DNA of 64,000 nt, from positions 28,706,001 to 28,770,000 of the forward strand of contig OY740800.1 in the NCBI GenBank assembly GCA_963514005.1. The letters are read 5' to 3'. Source of the stretch: Raja brachyura. Lineage: Eukaryota. Positions 62,764 to 64,000 of the stretch are shown here, piece by piece. Under the pieces are notes generated by a model. It had not been told where the DNA came from. It saw nothing but the letters and a program-made list of their open reading frames with translations, and made no database searches. Within the stretch, counting starts at the first letter, position 1; each line of letters opens with the position of its first letter. The position numbers were made by a program, and so were the translations under genes.

Positions 62764-62967
62764 TGCAAGGAGAAGATAAACGGCGGAGAGGTTGCAATAT
62801 TTGTGTCCAGGGCGAGCTCCTCTGTCTGCTGGCACCCGGCTTGTTTTGTCTGCTCCACCTGCCAGGAGCTGCTCGTCGACCTTATCTACTTCTACCAAGA
62901 CGGCAGAATCCACTGCGGCCGACACCACGCGGAGCTGGTGAAGCCCCGCTGTTCAGCCTGTGACGAG
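62764..62967 (+). CDS. prickle1: prickle1 coding exon 4 (LIM1, start of LIM2); the gene continues beyond the window
   Basis: Encodes [68 protein letters not shown], with LIM Cys/His spacing. tctttcag acceptor, GAG|gtgagt donor, 204 nt. Confidence 0.96.
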
Positions 62968-62992
62968 GTGAGTGCAACTGTATGGAATGGAC

Positions 62993-63291
62993 TGAGTGGC
63001 GCAGCGGTAGAGTTGCTGCCTTACAACGCCAGAGACGCAGGTTCGATCCCGACTACGGGTGCTTGTCTGTACGCAGTTTGTACGTTCTCCCCTGACCTGC
63101 GTGGGTTTTCTCCGAGATCTTCGGTTTTCTCCCACACTCCAAAGACGTACAGGTTTGTATGTTAAGTGGCTTTGTATAAATGTAAATTGTCCCTAGTGTG
63201 TGTAGGATAGTGTTAATGTGTGTGGATCGCTGGACGGTGCGGACCCGATGGGCCGAAGGGTCTGTTTCCGCGCTGTATCTCTTAAACTAAA
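62993..63291 (+). mobile_element. Young HE1-type V-SINE about 25 nt downstream of the coding-exon-4 donor
   Basis: A box TGGCGCAGCGGTAG, B box GGTTCGATCCC, CpGs retained. Confidence 0.9.
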
Positions 63292-63324
63292 GTAAGCTCA
63301 CGTGACTGTCAGTCCAGAGTCAGT

Positions 63325-63403
63325 AGACACAAAATGCTGGAGTAACTCAGCGGGTGAGGCAGCATCTCTGCAGAAAAGGAATGGCCGACCTTTCAGGTCG
63401 AGA
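63325..63403 (-). mobile_element. Short PLE pLTR insert
   Basis: Flanked by CCAGAGTC(A/G)GT at 63314-63324 and 63404-63414. Ends inside hammerhead helix II. Confidence 0.75.
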
Positions 63404-63489
63404 CCAGAGTCGGTGTTTGGTTCTCAAGCACAACTTTTCTTGGAAGTCATCCCGATTCCAAATTGATTGGCCGATGAATGTGTGTAGGA

Positions 63490-63985
63490 AAGAAAAGGAT
63501 CTTTGGTTAGGCAGCGTTTGGAGTGTTGCCTGCAGTCTGGTCACCACATTACAGGAGGGATGTGAAGGCTTTGGATAGGGTACAGAAAAGGTTTGCCAGA
63601 ATGCGGCATGGATTAGAGGGAATAGCTATAAGGAGAGGTTGGAGAAACTTGGATTGCTTTCTCTGGACTGTCACAGGTTGAGGAAAGACCTGATAGAAGT
63701 ATATATAAAGATATGAGAGACATAGATAGACATGGGCAGTCAGAACCTTTTGTCCAGGGTGGAAATGTCAAGGACTGGAGGCCACAGCTTTAACATGAAA
63801 GAAGATGTGTAGGACCCAGCGTGGTGAGTGCTTGGACGCACGGGTAGAGTGGTAGACAGAGATATGACAGTGGTATGAAGATGGTTTCTGATAGGTACAT
63901 GGATCAAAAGGCGTTAGATTAACATGCCGTGTTTGGTGTAGACTTATGGGCTGAAGGGAGTGCTTCCATGCTGTATTTTTCCGTT
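63490..63985 (+). mobile_element. CR1 3' fragment
   Basis: SYKERLEKLGL and DLIEVY motifs plus 3'UTR. Confidence 0.8.
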
Positions 63986-64000
63986 CAATTAAAAATTGTA

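Noticed and set aside
62421-62963. 180-aa ORF as a single exon
   Set aside because: It reads through the 184-nt intron and shifts out of the Prickle frame. Canonical splice sites give two exons.
62993-63060. tRNA genes at A/B-box sequences
   Set aside because: Each continues into the V-domain and LINE-derived tail, so they are SINE heads with no complete cloverleaf.

Overview
Vertebrate genomic DNA from a cartilaginous fish, probably a skate or ray. This is inferred from HE1-type V-SINEs with (TAAAC)n tails, HER1/CR1-like LINE fragments and Deu-SINE relics. The only host gene is the 5' part of prickle1 on the + strand: a CpG-island promoter with a probable non-coding exon 1 ending at 46297, then four phase-0 coding exons (56649-56780, 60666-60779, 62442-62579, 62764-62967) encoding the PET domain, LIM1 and the start of LIM2. 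The gene continues past the window end. The first ~45 kb is intergenic and repeat-rich, with two assembly gaps. The most striking pattern is a dense family of Penelope-like (PLE) pseudo-LTR fragments carrying a minimal hammerhead ribozyme core (CTGANGA-A-GGGT-CTCG-ACCC-GAAAC-GTC). They occur as 70-220 bp single-arm or fold-back insertions, and about ten are bounded by readable 8-17 bp target-site duplications (TSDs). Decayed GIY-YIG ORF remnants of a likely parent element are also present. Other items: a Harbinger-type MITE, a duplicated SINE end plus flank, an in-frame uORF in the predicted prickle1 leader, and several fold-back palindromes. Repeat boundaries are approximate and were read by eye.
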